Source of the DNA: Bacteroidota bacterium | GTDB lineage: Bacteria > Bacteroidota > Bacteroidia > UKL13-3 | Assembly (NCBI GenBank): GCA_027487835.1 | Contig: JAIYCU010000028.1 | Coordinates: 22,930 to 86,929, forward strand | Direction: 5' to 3' | DNA length: 64,000 nucleotides | Part shown: positions 22,065 to 32,394 of the stretch, one piece after another | How positions within the stretch are numbered: position 1 is the first letter of the stretch | How the letters are laid out: every line of letters starts with the position of its first letter | The notes under the pieces: generated by a model | What the model was told of the DNA's origin: nothing | Seen by the model: the letters and a program-made list of their open reading frames with translations, nothing else | The model's database searches: none | Program-made: the position numbers and the translations under genes

Positions 22065-23603
22065 TTAAAGTTTTTGAATTGTTCGTACTTCACTAATTGT
22101 TAGGGCTCTGTTGTAAAACCTAAATTCATCTAATGCACCATTAAAAGGAACTCCTGAATTTGGAAATTCAGACTTTCCTATTACAATATCATAACCTGGT
22201 GCACCATTCCACAGATTCGAATAATTGCTTGGAAAATTCCAAAGCTCAATTCCATCCAAATACATCTTTAATTGATTACCAGATTTTGAAACTGCATAAT
22301 GATGCCAAGTACCAATATTGTTATTTACTCCACTTGTATTACCACCACCGTTACTACCTATGTAGTAACCGAAATTATTATTGGTAGAACTTAAAAGGAT
22401 TGCATACGCAACATTGTATAAAGTTCCAGTATTACCACCTTTATAAATTATTGTTTGCCATGATGTACTTTTATTACCATCTGCAGTCCCTGTTCCATCA
22501 CCATTGTCTGCCAAACGTGAATCAAATCTTGCCCAAAATGTAATTGTATAATCAGTATAGCTTGATGAAATACCAGAAGATCCCGCTAATTTAATTGAAC
22601 CCGGAGAGTTTAATCCTCCAAATTTGTAAGCTGCGTTGGATGTGCCATTTCTATCATTTGTTAGCGTGGCACCATTAACTAAACCATTGTAATTTGCACT
22701 TACAGTATTATTAGCATTACCCGTGAAAGGTAAATTTATTAATAAACCATTTTGAATATTATCGTTTGCATTAGTTACAACCGGAAACGCAACATAACAT
22801 TCTCTACTAATAACTGCAGTTGGTAAAAATGAATAGGGTATCCAAAAAAATCCTTGGTCTTGGACACTGGCTCCCCATGAATTTTGTATTTTAAACGCAC
22901 TTCTATCATTGTCATATCCAACAATTGTTACTGCATGTCCACCTAAATTTTGACCAGAAAAAGAATTGTAAACAGTATTAGTTTGAAGATTTTCATAAGC
23001 ATTAATTGCAATAAAAACTGGATACCCAGCAAGCAAACAAGATTTAATTCTGTTTGTATTGTTCTTATCAACTAATTTCCAACTATGTAACTTGTTTTTT
23101 GCTGCGGCAGTAATTTGTGCAGATGTTGGTTGGGAGGAACAGTCTGGGTCTGAGTATGGCATTTCAGCCAAGGTACATACTCCTTTATTTTTAAGTATCG
23201 AAAAATTATCTAGGTATGAGGAACCACCATATTTGCAATTATTACCTTGTCTTATCTGATTGTATAAGAATGATGGACTGCATAATTGAGAATTATCATT
23301 ATAATTAGTTCCGTTATTTTTGTTCATAAAATAACTCATACCTGCATAGGCTGTAGAAAATGAACAACAAGAACCAATGCCTCCTTGGTTTCCTACCGGG
23401 GGCATATTTAAACTGAAACTATTTGGCATTGTGCCCATGTCAAAATCTGAAATATTATCAATCTGGTCTAATTCTTTATCGCTTGCTTGGACAAACCCAA
23501 AGCCCTCCAATTGCTTTTTTAATTGTTTTTCACAAGAGGTAAAACCTACAATAATTGTAGACATTAAAAGGAAAAAGAATGAAAATTTCTTTATTTTAAT
23601 CAT
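22065..23603 (-). CDS. C1 (papain-like) cysteine peptidase lipoprotein with C-terminal LamG domain
   Basis: FTSC lipobox; NQGGIGSCCSF, GGHAVTIVGYD and QNSWG catalytic motifs; WHHYAV...F.GALDEFRFYNRAL LamG motif. Confidence 0.9.
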   Translation of the reverse strand: MIKIKKFSFFFLLMSTIIVGFTSCEKQLKKQLEGFGFVQASDKELDQIDNISDFDMGTMPNSFSLNMPPVGNQGGIGSCCSFSTAYAGMSYFMNKNNGTNYNDNSQLCSPSFLYNQIRQGNNCKYGGSSYLDNFSILKNKGVCTLAEMPYSDPDCSSQPTSAQITAAAKNKLHSWKLVDKNNTNRIKSCLLAGYPVFIAINAYENLQTNTVYNSFSGQNLGGHAVTIVGYDNDRSAFKIQNSWGASVQDQGFFWIPYSFLPTAVISRECYVAFPVVTNANDNIQNGLLINLPFTGNANNTVSANYNGLVNGATLTNDRNGTSNAAYKFGGLNSPGSIKLAGSSGISSSYTDYTITFWARFDSRLADNGDGTGTADGNKSTSWQTIIYKGGNTGTLYNVAYAILLSSTNNNFGYYIGSNGGGNTSGVNNNIGTWHHYAVSKSGNQLKMYLDGIELWNFPSNYSNLWNGAPGYDIVIGKSEFPNSGVPFNGALDEFRFYNRALTISEVRTIQKL

Positions 23604-23683
23604 GTTTATATACTTTAAATTTGATTGTTAGAGTCGTATTATTATAATTTTTGTTCAAAATATTTTTTATCCTTTTTAGTTAT

Positions 23684-24205
23684 TTAAAAAGTCCTACAAA
23701 TTGATATCCCAACTAAATCACCATAGCCCTCTATAGTGTTTTTCAAATAATGACCTCTTAAAACTAAATCTCCTAAAAATTCGAATTTTAAAGCGAAAGT
23801 ACCCTCTAAACCTTGTCCAATAGTGGCGCCATATCTATCAGTACCAATTAAAAAAACTCCAAAACCTCCGCCAACTGAAAATCCAAAGCTCATATCTTCA
23901 GTGTCTTTGCCACCAGAAGCAAATCCATAGCTATATTCTAATTGTGGTGTTGCCCTATAGTTTATAGATTTCTCCTTAGTTAAAGAATCACTATAAATAA
24001 AACCAGCTAATTGAACTCCTAAGGAAATAGAAGTTTTATCAAATTTAAGAAAATTATATCGTGGCAAAACGGCAAATCCATATTGTAAAACAGGAAGGTC
24101 TTTGCTATCTAAAACATCCATTCCTATGTCTACATAGAAAGCTTTTTGACCAAATGATACAAATAATGATAAAGTAAAAATGAATGAAAGGGCTAATTTT
24201 TTCAT
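23684..24205 (-). CDS. Hypothetical outer-membrane beta-barrel-like protein
   Basis: Signal peptide, amphipathic strands, terminal Phe. Confidence 0.55.
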   Translation of the reverse strand: MKKLALSFIFTLSLFVSFGQKAFYVDIGMDVLDSKDLPVLQYGFAVLPRYNFLKFDKTSISLGVQLAGFIYSDSLTKEKSINYRATPQLEYSYGFASGGKDTEDMSFGFSVGGGFGVFLIGTDRYGATIGQGLEGTFALKFEFLGDLVLRGHYLKNTIEGYGDLVGISICRTF

Positions 24206-24368
24206 CGTGAATTAGTGATTATAGGTAAATATTAATGCCTGCTTTTGAATTACTATTAGTTATTTTTTGATTTTTCCAACTGACAATATCATTATTTTCA
24301 TTTTCGAGATGTTTGTTTTTAGTTAAGTTTTAATTGTATAATGGAAGAAGAACAAATTAAAATATTAC

Positions 24369-25388
24369 TTATTCTTCAGATACAACCATTGTTAAGGCTT
24401 GAGAATTGGGGCACATAACTTTTTTTCCATTTTGTTGAGCTGGAATCCATTTGCCCGAACTTAGTTTTATAACCCTTATTAATTCTTCTGCTACCAGATT
24501 ATCTCCACTCACTATCTCAATACCTCCAATTGTGCCATCTGACATGACAATAAATTTTACAACAGCTTTATATACACCTTCGGGTTTCCCTAAACTTTTC
24601 AAAATATCTGAGTTAACATTTATTGAAAGAAACTTGGACCAATCTCCATCAAATATTGCCCTTGTTTCAACTGCATCAAATGTTTCTTCTGGATTATCTG
24701 ATTCTTCAGTTATAACATCCCCTCTGTTTCCGATAGGCGTCCCATTGTTGTTATTAGGATAAAAAGCAAAAGGAATTTCTAAACCTCCACGATATTCCTT
24801 TTTGTTGCTAATAATATTATAGCCTCTTTCCATCCAAGCTTCTACAACCGTATTAGAAGCATTTACATCAATTAGATTATCTATAAAATCAATTTTATGA
24901 CTTGGGCTTGGCAAAGGCTCACCTTGTTTTGTGAAAATATATTTAATACATTTTTCTTCATGCAATGGCTTTATGACCCTAGATTGTTTGAGTCCCTTAT
25001 CTTGTAAGGGTTCATCCAAATCCAAACTAATAGCTGTGCCGTCTTTATACTCTTGATAACCTGTTCTTACTCCTCCATAATATTCCCCTAACCATCCAAA
25101 ATTAATACCTGAAGATTTTGGTAATGATGAACCAATTTTTGGTTGTTCTAAAGCATTATGGAAAGTTACATTGCAAAGTACTGGTGCATAAATATAAGTG
25201 CCTTTTGTATTTTTAAAGTAAATGGTTACTTCGTATTGGTCATAGTTTACATTGTCTATTGTCACAGAATTATACCTTGTTGCAGCGTATCCAAGTAATA
25301 TTCCATTTTCATTTATGAGGATTTCACTTTGCCCATTTACAAAAGCAAACTGAAATACCAAAATTGTGATTAAAAAGAGATTTTTCAT
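24369..25388 (-). CDS. Secreted protein with C-terminal TonB-C-like domain
   Basis: Signal peptide; VKFIVMSDG.I..IEIV...EELIRVIK.S.GKWIPAQQNGKKV is typical of Bacteroidota TonB-C domains. Confidence 0.7.
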   Translation of the reverse strand: MKNLFLITILVFQFAFVNGQSEILINENGILLGYAATRYNSVTIDNVNYDQYEVTIYFKNTKGTYIYAPVLCNVTFHNALEQPKIGSSLPKSSGINFGWLGEYYGGVRTGYQEYKDGTAISLDLDEPLQDKGLKQSRVIKPLHEEKCIKYIFTKQGEPLPSPSHKIDFIDNLIDVNASNTVVEAWMERGYNIISNKKEYRGGLEIPFAFYPNNNNGTPIGNRGDVITEESDNPEETFDAVETRAIFDGDWSKFLSINVNSDILKSLGKPEGVYKAVVKFIVMSDGTIGGIEIVSGDNLVAEELIRVIKLSSGKWIPAQQNGKKVMCPNSQALTMVVSEE

Positions 25389-25464
25389 TTTGTTAATTTT
25401 TCGAATCGCCTCTTTTTTAAAGCGATGCTTATTTCATCCATTTTTTAAAAATTGTTTTAAAAAA

Positions 25465-25515
25465 CAAGATTAAATCAACTATCAATAAAAAAAAATACCT
25501 ACTTCTAGGTATTTT
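25465..25515 (-). promoter_or_regulatory. Putative LuxR/NarL-type operator plus -7 promoter element
   Basis: Perfect inverted repeat aaaatacct-N6-aggtatttt (25492-25515); TAATCTTG -7-like box lies 22 nt downstream on the minus strand; overlaps the stop of a PAS-LuxR gene. Confidence 0.6.
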
Positions 25516-26293
25516 ATAGGCAATTTTCATTTATAACTTTTGCTACCAAATCAATGGGGTTTTTGCAATTTGCTTTTATTAAAATGTTTTTTCGATGCGT
25601 ATTAACTGTATGAAGGCTTATGCTAAGTTCTTTGGCTATATATTTACTGTTTTTACCCTCTACTATGTATTTCAATATTTCTTTTTCTCTTTTTGTAAAA
25701 ATATCAACCGACTTAGTTAAATTTTGTGTAGTTTCAATATTGTAATATGAGGGTTCGTTGTCAAATCCTATAATAGAAAAACTAGGTTTTCCTTCTTTTT
25801 TTATATGTGTAATATCGGTATGTAGTACAAGATTTACATAATAATTACTTTCATCAAATTCTATAGGTAATATTTGATGAAGCAAACGGATATAACCATT
25901 ATTTTTGGTTTTAATTCTATAATCATGCTGGGATTTATAACAACCTCTTTTTGCTAAAGCCAAACTGTTAAAAAACTCTACTGTGTAGGTTTCATAGCTT
26001 AGAAAATAGGGTTTGTCCTCAGGATGTATCTGATCTAAAAAAAACAATGCATTTATTTCGCTAGGCTCATAACCCAATACATTTAAAACATTTGGACTTA
26101 CATGTTCGATTTCCATTTGTCGAAAATTAAAAAACATATTGTAATGTTTGCCTATATGAGAAAAATCCAATATTTTTTTATTGAGTTCAAATGATAATTC
26201 TATATTTTTTGTATTGGAAATATTTTCTGATGTAATAACGTTTTCCCAAACTTTTGAGGCAGACTGATATAATGACGTTTTTGATTTATCCAT
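25514..26293 (-). CDS. PAS-domain / LuxR-HTH transcriptional regulator
   Basis: LGYEP...IHPEDK...DYRIK...G.Y...LHQ PAS domain; FTKREKEIL...G.NSK.IA..L.IS.HTV.THRKNI HTH. Confidence 0.9.
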   Translation of the reverse strand: MDKSKTSLYQSASKVWENVITSENISNTKNIELSFELNKKILDFSHIGKHYNMFFNFRQMEIEHVSPNVLNVLGYEPSEINALFFLDQIHPEDKPYFLSYETYTVEFFNSLALAKRGCYKSQHDYRIKTKNNGYIRLLHQILPIEFDESNYYVNLVLHTDITHIKKEGKPSFSIIGFDNEPSYYNIETTQNLTKSVDIFTKREKEILKYIVEGKNSKYIAKELSISLHTVNTHRKNILIKANCKNPIDLVAKVINENCL

Positions 26294-26372
26294 AACGATT
26301 TGTATGATAACAAGGGGTAGAAAAAGATTTGTGTTTTGGACAAAAGATATTTCGAGTAGTCGTCGTTTAAAA

Positions 26373-26461
26373 TTATCACCACCGATTTAACTCCCGCAAC
26401 TTAATCTCAATAATTAAACATTTTTGAAAGCGATTTCAGGTTCAGCTAAATTAAAACTTTA
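26373..26461 (-). repeat. Copy F (internally deleted) of the dispersed element
   Basis: atttaactcccgcaacttaatctcaataattaaac matches atttaacacctgcaacttcatttcgataattaaac at 28361; followed directly by gaaagcgatttcaggttcagctaaattaaaacttt; the promoter block is missing. Confidence 0.65.
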
Positions 26462-26556
26462 AGGCTTTGAATCAAGTCATCTCGAAACGCTAACTATTGT
26501 GCGGAGGATGTTTATTACCCTTATATTATTGCACAATTTAATTACACTATTGTATC

Positions 26557-28239
26557 TCAATTATAATTTCCAGTACCAGTAGCTACAAGATTTGTTGAAC
26601 CTGTGGAAATATTTTTCATTGTTATTGTGAAGGAAAATGATTTTGCTCCAGTTTTTGTAATTGTACCTGAGGTAGATTGAGATACTCCACCAAAAAGCGT
26701 TGCGGCCCAAAGATTACAATTATCGCCATTACCATTTACATTAAAAGTTCCTGACGAAGCATTAGGCATATTGTAAATGATAAAATTTTGGGCACCTATG
26801 ATAAGTACATCTATTCCGGTACAACCTAATCCTGTTGCTGCAATTGATGAACAACTACCATTAATTGTTTGCCCGTTATATGTAAACTGGCCTGTTCCTT
26901 CAGTGCCTCCACCGCCACTTCCATGTGGGTTAGAGATAGATCCGTCACAAATTTTGTTTAAATTTCCTAAACTCGTTACCCCTGAAGGAAAGGAAGCATA
27001 TTCCTTTATGATTTTGTCACTAATAGGTTCGTTTTTATTTTCTTCTTTTAATGGAATTCTTAACGAGTGTATTTTTATACCTCCATCATAGGCTGTTGGG
27101 AAAGTAATTTTTTCACTTTCAAATCCTTTATTTTCAAAAATAGATATATATGCGCCGTAATCATTACTTCCAAAATTAGCAGTAATAAAAGGATAATTCC
27201 CAACAGCACAACCAGCTGCATAATTGTTTGCACCTAAACCAAGGTTAATACCAATCGAAGATCTAAGATAAATAGAGAATCCAGGAATAGATTTAACATA
27301 ATTATCTAGCCTTGCAAAATCTAATTCAACTTGTACTACGTAACCATAATCAGGAACATAGCTATTTGGCACATAGTTAGGCATACAAACATTTTTAGAA
27401 TAAGTTATCGTTGCTGTAGGCTCCATTTTACCTAACGCACAAAAACTAGTTTGGGACGGTAATACCATTGTAACATCTAAACCAGAAACAGTTGGATTTG
27501 CCGACTCTTCCCAAATTTTTGCAGCCTCATCATAAGCAAAAACTTTTCCACCATTTTGAGCTGCATTTGCATACTTTCCAGGGACTTGAACCTTTAAACT
27601 AACACTACCTGTATTAGGAAATACTCTAACTCCGTTTACACTATAATTAATTGCTACCCATCCATAAATAAATAACCAATTATCATTACCACCGCTTAAT
27701 CCAGTGAAATCTTGTCCAGGAAATGCTTTTCTATAAAATTCAAAATCATCTGGTTTGATATATCGAATACTAATATTTACATTTCCAGTAACGGGTGTTC
27801 CATTTTCGTATTTAAATCCTCCACTACTATTAAATGTCCAACCAGTGTCAGTAACTGTCCCGCCTGTGCTAGGAATTGTGCTAGTTTCTACCGCCTTTAA
27901 CAACATAACTTTATAGGAGGTGTCGGGATTTGTAAAATTAAATAAATTAAGGCTACCGGTAAAATAGCCATCTTTTTTAACTTCAAATCTATACTTTCCA
28001 TAAGTTTCTTTGGGAGTATTAAATGTTGCAGATCCGGTTGAATTGCTGTTTGCCGTGTTTGTCCCATCACTAATTTTAGCATTGATAATAGGTTGATTGT
28101 TTTCATCAACAACCATGATTTTATAATTCTTTTCTTTGTACTGAGGGGAGATAGTTGTAGTGCTGTTAATGTTATCTTTTTTACAAGAGTATGCGCTAAT
28201 TATAAAAAGTGCAAAAATTAATTGGGGTAGATTTTTCAT
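26557..28239 (-). CDS. Hypothetical lipoprotein with N-terminal carboxypeptidase-regulatory-like beta-sandwich
   Basis: AYSCKKD lipobox; VVDENNQPI.NAKI...KDGYF motif. Confidence 0.7.
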   Translation of the reverse strand: MKNLPQLIFALFIISAYSCKKDNINSTTTISPQYKEKNYKIMVVDENNQPIINAKISDGTNTANSNSTGSATFNTPKETYGKYRFEVKKDGYFTGSLNLFNFTNPDTSYKVMLLKAVETSTIPSTGGTVTDTGWTFNSSGGFKYENGTPVTGNVNISIRYIKPDDFEFYRKAFPGQDFTGLSGGNDNWLFIYGWVAINYSVNGVRVFPNTGSVSLKVQVPGKYANAAQNGGKVFAYDEAAKIWEESANPTVSGLDVTMVLPSQTSFCALGKMEPTATITYSKNVCMPNYVPNSYVPDYGYVVQVELDFARLDNYVKSIPGFSIYLRSSIGINLGLGANNYAAGCAVGNYPFITANFGSNDYGAYISIFENKGFESEKITFPTAYDGGIKIHSLRIPLKEENKNEPISDKIIKEYASFPSGVTSLGNLNKICDGSISNPHGSGGGGTEGTGQFTYNGQTINGSCSSIAATGLGCTGIDVLIIGAQNFIIYNMPNASSGTFNVNGNGDNCNLWAATLFGGVSQSTSGTITKTGAKSFSFTITMKNISTGSTNLVATGTGNYN

Positions 28240-28350
28240 TTTTTTATTTTATGGCTATTTATTTTTTCAATTTTAATTTTTAAAATTTCTTTTTTTGAGT
28301 TTCAATAATAAGAATTAACTATCAATTTAATGGTGGCACTTTTGAGAAAT

Positions 28351-28485
28351 TGACACAACTATTTAACACCTGCAACTTCATTTCGATAATTAAACCAACA
28401 TACCCAATGCTTTCCAACCAAAAAATACCTTGAAGAAATATGACATTATTAAAAGCCATTGCAAGTTCTGTTACATTAAAACTTA
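28351..28485 (-). repeat. Copy B of the dispersed element
   Basis: tgacacaac core + tatttaacacctgcaac + aaaccaacatacccaatgctttccaaccaaaaaatacc + aaaagccattgcaagttctgttacattaaaactta. Confidence 0.8.
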
Positions 28486-29184
28486 CTTAAGGTTAATTCT
28501 GTATCCAACATTTAAAGAAATTAAACCATCATTTATAAACGGATAGCCTTCTAGAAGCGCAAATGCAGTTCCACTATTGCCAGGGCCATTATTTGGATAT
28601 GGATTACCAGTAGATAAGCCGGGATACCCCTCAGGGAAAATAAACCGCTGGTAATAACTTCCCATTAATATTCCACCTAACATCGCTTCAGCAAATAAAT
28701 TACCTCTCCCAATTTTTAATCTGCTTCCAATTGCTAAGGTGCAACCCAACCCTTGGGATAGGTATTTTTCATTGAAAGAAGGATAATTGGTGAAGCTGAT
28801 AACAGAGGATTGTTTATCTAGATGATAGCCAATTCCAATTTCTACATAAACCCCAGCCTTAGACTTTTTTATAGTACCCAATAAATATCTTGTCAAAACA
28901 CCTTCAAAAATTAAATACAAGTCAGGCTTTTTAGTAATATAATAATTGGACGCTGAATAATCGTAATATTGATTATTATAAAGTAGGGTTTTAAGTCCAA
29001 TCGCTGATTTCTCATTTTTTGCAAATTCATATTTTAAACTTCCTCCATAATTATTATTACCATCCTTTAAGGTGATTGCTGCGCTAAGAAATTGTTGCTT
29101 TATTTTCGAAGCGTCGCTATTTTGTGCATTTACACCGAAAGTGAAATGGATTATTGCGATAAACAAGGGTATTATTTTTTTCAT
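28483..29184 (-). CDS. Hypothetical outer-membrane protein
   Basis: Signal peptide; beta-strand pattern ending LNVGYRINLK; ATGA overlap with the desaturase stop. Confidence 0.6.
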   Translation of the reverse strand: MKKIIPLFIAIIHFTFGVNAQNSDASKIKQQFLSAAITLKDGNNNYGGSLKYEFAKNEKSAIGLKTLLYNNQYYDYSASNYYITKKPDLYLIFEGVLTRYLLGTIKKSKAGVYVEIGIGYHLDKQSSVISFTNYPSFNEKYLSQGLGCTLAIGSRLKIGRGNLFAEAMLGGILMGSYYQRFIFPEGYPGLSTGNPYPNNGPGNSGTAFALLEGYPFINDGLISLNVGYRINLK

Positions 29185-30275
29185 CTTTGACTTGCGGCCC
29201 CGCCAAGCTCCTTTAGCCTGAGCAAATGTGATTTCACTGCTGATGCCAAGCTTGGTTGCTGTATGTAGGGAAACCCATACTTTTTAGAAGTGGCCTCCAC
29301 AATTTTTGAGATTTTGGGATAATGGATATGGCAAATATTTGGAAACAAATGGTGTTCAACCTGAAAATTTAAACCCCCAACATAACAATTCAACCACTTA
29401 TTCTTGGGTGCAAAATTGGCGGTGGTCATTAATTGGTGAACAGCCCATTCATTTTCTGCATTTTTATCATCATTAATAGTGGGTTGAGCAACACCTTCAA
29501 CAATATGAGCCAGTTGAAATACAAGCGCAAGAATAAAGCCTGCAACCAAGTGCATACATACAAATGCAATAAGAACCTGGTACCAGAGTAAATCTGTATA
29601 CATTATTGGCAAGGCAATTACAATAAATAGGTAAACCAATTTAACAATTATCATTAAGGAAAACTCCCAAATAGGTTTACCCAAATGTTGTTTCATTATG
29701 CCTGAACGATAATATCCTATCAATTGGGGTAAATCTCCAAAAAGCAAGGTGAAAGTCATTAAGGTATATAAAGGAAAGGTATATAAATGTTGGTATTTAT
29801 GAATAGGCTTTAAAGGCGTGTGTTCGGAAAATCGCATAATCCACCTTGTTTGTATGTCTTCATCTAATCCGTCTAAATTGGTATAGGCATGGTGAAAAAT
29901 ATTGTGCTGAATTTTCCAGTTAAACACATTGTTGCCAATTATATACATACTCCAACCCATTATTTTATTTACCCATTTGTGCTTGGAATAGGCGTTATGT
30001 AAAGCATCATGTGATACATTCATACCAATGCCGGCAGAACCTAAGCCAGTTAAAATAAACATTAAAAATGCCCACCAAAAAGAAAGGTTGAAATATAAAA
30101 CTGCTATAAATGGCAAAACAAACAAAGCAAAAACCAATACAGTTTTTAATGCCATCTTGTAATTCCCTTTGGGTGATACCCCATTGTCCTTAAAATAGGC
30201 GTTGACATTTTTTCTTAACTCTTTTGCAAAAAGTTTCTGACTTTCCATATCACTTTGAAATTTAACCAGCTTCAT
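29181..30275 (-). CDS. Membrane fatty-acid (acyl-CoA) desaturase
   Basis: Three His boxes: HDALH, HNIFHH, QVEHHLFP. Confidence 0.92.
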   Translation of the reverse strand: MKLVKFQSDMESQKLFAKELRKNVNAYFKDNGVSPKGNYKMALKTVLVFALFVLPFIAVLYFNLSFWWAFLMFILTGLGSAGIGMNVSHDALHNAYSKHKWVNKIMGWSMYIIGNNVFNWKIQHNIFHHAYTNLDGLDEDIQTRWIMRFSEHTPLKPIHKYQHLYTFPLYTLMTFTLLFGDLPQLIGYYRSGIMKQHLGKPIWEFSLMIIVKLVYLFIVIALPIMYTDLLWYQVLIAFVCMHLVAGFILALVFQLAHIVEGVAQPTINDDKNAENEWAVHQLMTTANFAPKNKWLNCYVGGLNFQVEHHLFPNICHIHYPKISKIVEATSKKYGFPYIQQPSLASAVKSHLLRLKELGGAASQR

Positions 30276-30303
30276 AATTTAATCCAATGAAAAAGTTTCT
30301 TTG

Positions 30304-30606
30304 CTATTCTATTTTTTCAACCTCAATCCAGCCTTCATTTTCATGCAGCATAAAACAGACAATTGCGTCTTTTGCTGAACCCCTACATTCCTTTATCTTC
30401 TTAAAAGTTACGGATACAGTAGCGCCCTCAGAAAAGGAGGATACTTTTTCGAGATTACAAACTTGATAGTCTTTGCCATCTAAACGCAAATAGGTCCCGG
30501 TGCAGTCACGCTCAACGGTTACGGTTAGATTTCTTTCCTTTTTGCAACTAGGAAAATATGCTATCAAAACAAGAAGGATTAAAAATAGTAAGTTTCTTTT
30601 ATTCAT
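30304..30606 (-). CDS. Small Cys-rich lipoprotein
   Basis: MNKRNLLF...FPSCKKE lipobox; RDCTGTYLR...YQVCN. Confidence 0.65.
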   Translation of the reverse strand: MNKRNLLFLILLVLIAYFPSCKKERNLTVTVERDCTGTYLRLDGKDYQVCNLEKVSSFSEGATVSVTFKKIKECRGSAKDAIVCFMLHENEGWIEVEKIE

Positions 30607-30691
30607 TTTGGCTATGTCTTTTGTGATTTGCAAATTAGTCTAAAGCTAAAACGGTTCAAAGTTATTTTTAGTTGTATGCTTGTTTAAAAGC

Positions 30692-30736
30692 AAAAAAGCC
30701 ATGCAAAAGGAGTTGAACTCCCCTCACACGGCCTTT
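30692..30736 (-). terminator. Strand-specific intrinsic terminator
   Basis: Minus-strand RNA ggccgugugaggggaguu-c-aacuccuuuugcauggcu pairs along the whole arm using six G-U wobbles and ends in a U-run; pairing is poor on the plus strand. Confidence 0.7.
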
Positions 30737-30849
30737 AAGCATCTATTTATGAATGGAAAACTAGTCTTCTAGAGCCATAGGCAGTGTCCTCCCCTATTTT
30801 TCAAGTACAAGGATAAAAATCTTATTTATTTTGAGAGGTAGAATTAATT

Positions 30850-31800
30850 CTATTGTGGGGTCGTTAAAAATTCATGTATATCCTTTGTCCATTCGTTTTT
30901 ATATTTTTTCAAGTAGTTTTCGTGTCCAGCCTCCTGATAAATTTTCAATTTCTTCTGTCCTCCTAAATTTTTAAATATCTGGTTAATTTCTTCTCTGCTT
31001 ACTTTCTCATCTTTTGCTCCAGATAGTAAAAGTGTAGGGCAATTTATTTTCTTAGCGTAAACTGTTGGATTGTGTCCAAATGCCCAAAATCCATTTTGTA
31101 GTCCACCCCAAAAAACCAAAAGTCCTGCCATTGGAAATGTTGGTGCGTTCATTGTTTTAAACCTTGCACAAACTATCTTATACATAGAGCCAAATGGACA
31201 TTCAATGATTATTCCTTTGGGTTCAATGTGATAATCACTGATAGCTTTCATTGTGGCAACAGAACCCATAGAAGTTCCAAATAGGTAAATGTTTTGTTCT
31301 CCTTTATCAGTCAAGTAGTCATAACACGTTTTAACTTGTTCGGCTTCTAAAAATCCGATTGTAGTTTGGTTGCCTTCTGAACCGCCTGAGCCCATAAAGT
31401 CAACAAGAAAAGTGTTGTAACCAAGTCCAAGAATAATATCTGACTTGTCTAGCATTGAAGATTTGTTGCCTCCAAAACCATGAAAAAGAATTACTGTCCC
31501 TTTTGCGTTTTCTTTCTTAATACTCCAGCATTCAATCTCTTTATTACTTTTTAGTTTGATTGTTTCAAAGTCGCTTGAAGGAACAGTTGAGTTTTCAGAT
31601 CTTGGATTACTTACACCAAAAATTATAGTTTTTATTTTTTGTCCTGTTGATAGTTTTTTAGGGTCCTTTGTTTTTTCAACTTTACTATCATCAAAGTGAG
31701 TAAACTTGAACGAATGAAAAATTGCAACAAGGTTCATCAAAACGAAAATTGTCGTAAAAGTCCAAAGACTTCGTTTAATCCATTTTCTCTTATGCTTCAA
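30850..31800 (-). CDS. Alpha/beta hydrolase
   Basis: LFHGFGG, GTSMG nucleophile elbow, G.KDEKV, AGHE; N-terminal TM segment. Confidence 0.9.
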   Translation of the reverse strand: MKHKRKWIKRSLWTFTTIFVLMNLVAIFHSFKFTHFDDSKVEKTKDPKKLSTGQKIKTIIFGVSNPRSENSTVPSSDFETIKLKSNKEIECWSIKKENAKGTVILFHGFGGNKSSMLDKSDIILGLGYNTFLVDFMGSGGSEGNQTTIGFLEAEQVKTCYDYLTDKGEQNIYLFGTSMGSVATMKAISDYHIEPKGIIIECPFGSMYKIVCARFKTMNAPTFPMAGLLVFWGGLQNGFWAFGHNPTVYAKKINCPTLLLSGAKDEKVSREEINQIFKNLGGQKKLKIYQEAGHENYLKKYKNEWTKDIHEFLTTPQ

Positions 31801-31831
31801 GTTTTATTTTTTAGGTGTCTGCCTTTTAGGT

Positions 31832-31926
31832 TTGCCACTAGCGTTTTAATCCCAGCAACTTCCTCTTTTATCTACAAACAAACATACCCAATCCTTTTCA
31901 TTCAAAAAATACCTGTAAGTGGATAT
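31832..31926 (-). repeat. Copy C of the dispersed element
   Basis: ttgccactagc core + ttttaatcccagcaac + caaacaaacatacccaatccttttcattcaaaaaatacctgtaagtggatat. Confidence 0.8.
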
Positions 31927-31979
31927 GGTTTCCTTTTCAAAATTTTGCTTTATTGATAGACTTACCTCTTTTGCTCTGA

Positions 31980-32016
31980 TTACTTTTTTGCATGGCCAAA
32001 AAAGTAACCAAAAAAG
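31980..32016. repeat. Short hairpin resembling the end of an interspersed repeat/MITE
   Basis: ttacttttttg-N6-caaaaaagtaa followed by ccaaaaaa; not directly downstream of any stop codon. Confidence 0.35.
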
Positions 32017-32394
32017 CATCCCAGCCGCACCCTACCGTTCCGGTTTGTATGATTTGTTTTCATTCAAATATTATAATACCTAATTGTGGGTATAAGAAAA
32101 ATGCCGAGAAGAATAGCGTTTGAAACAAGTAAACCTAGATTTCAATTTAATACGCGCGTTCCATCTCTTGTATCACCCCATAAAAAAATGGCGCAATTAG
32201 CTTTTCATTTTGCCGACTTAGGCAGGTGCCTTTGGCTTTGGTAAAAACCTAAGCGAATAAGCACGCCAAAATTGCGTTTAGGTTAAGGCAACCTTTTTTG
32301 AAAGTTCAGCAATTGGTTTGCATTTAGTTTATTCTAAATCAAAAGGAACTTATTTTTCACAAAGTCATTTGGTACATTTTTTACTTTCAACATT

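Noticed and set aside
32225-32275. Similarity to 35315..35350 (gctttggtaaaaa...)
   Set aside because: The match is short and AT-rich; I could not extend it convincingly into a repeat family.
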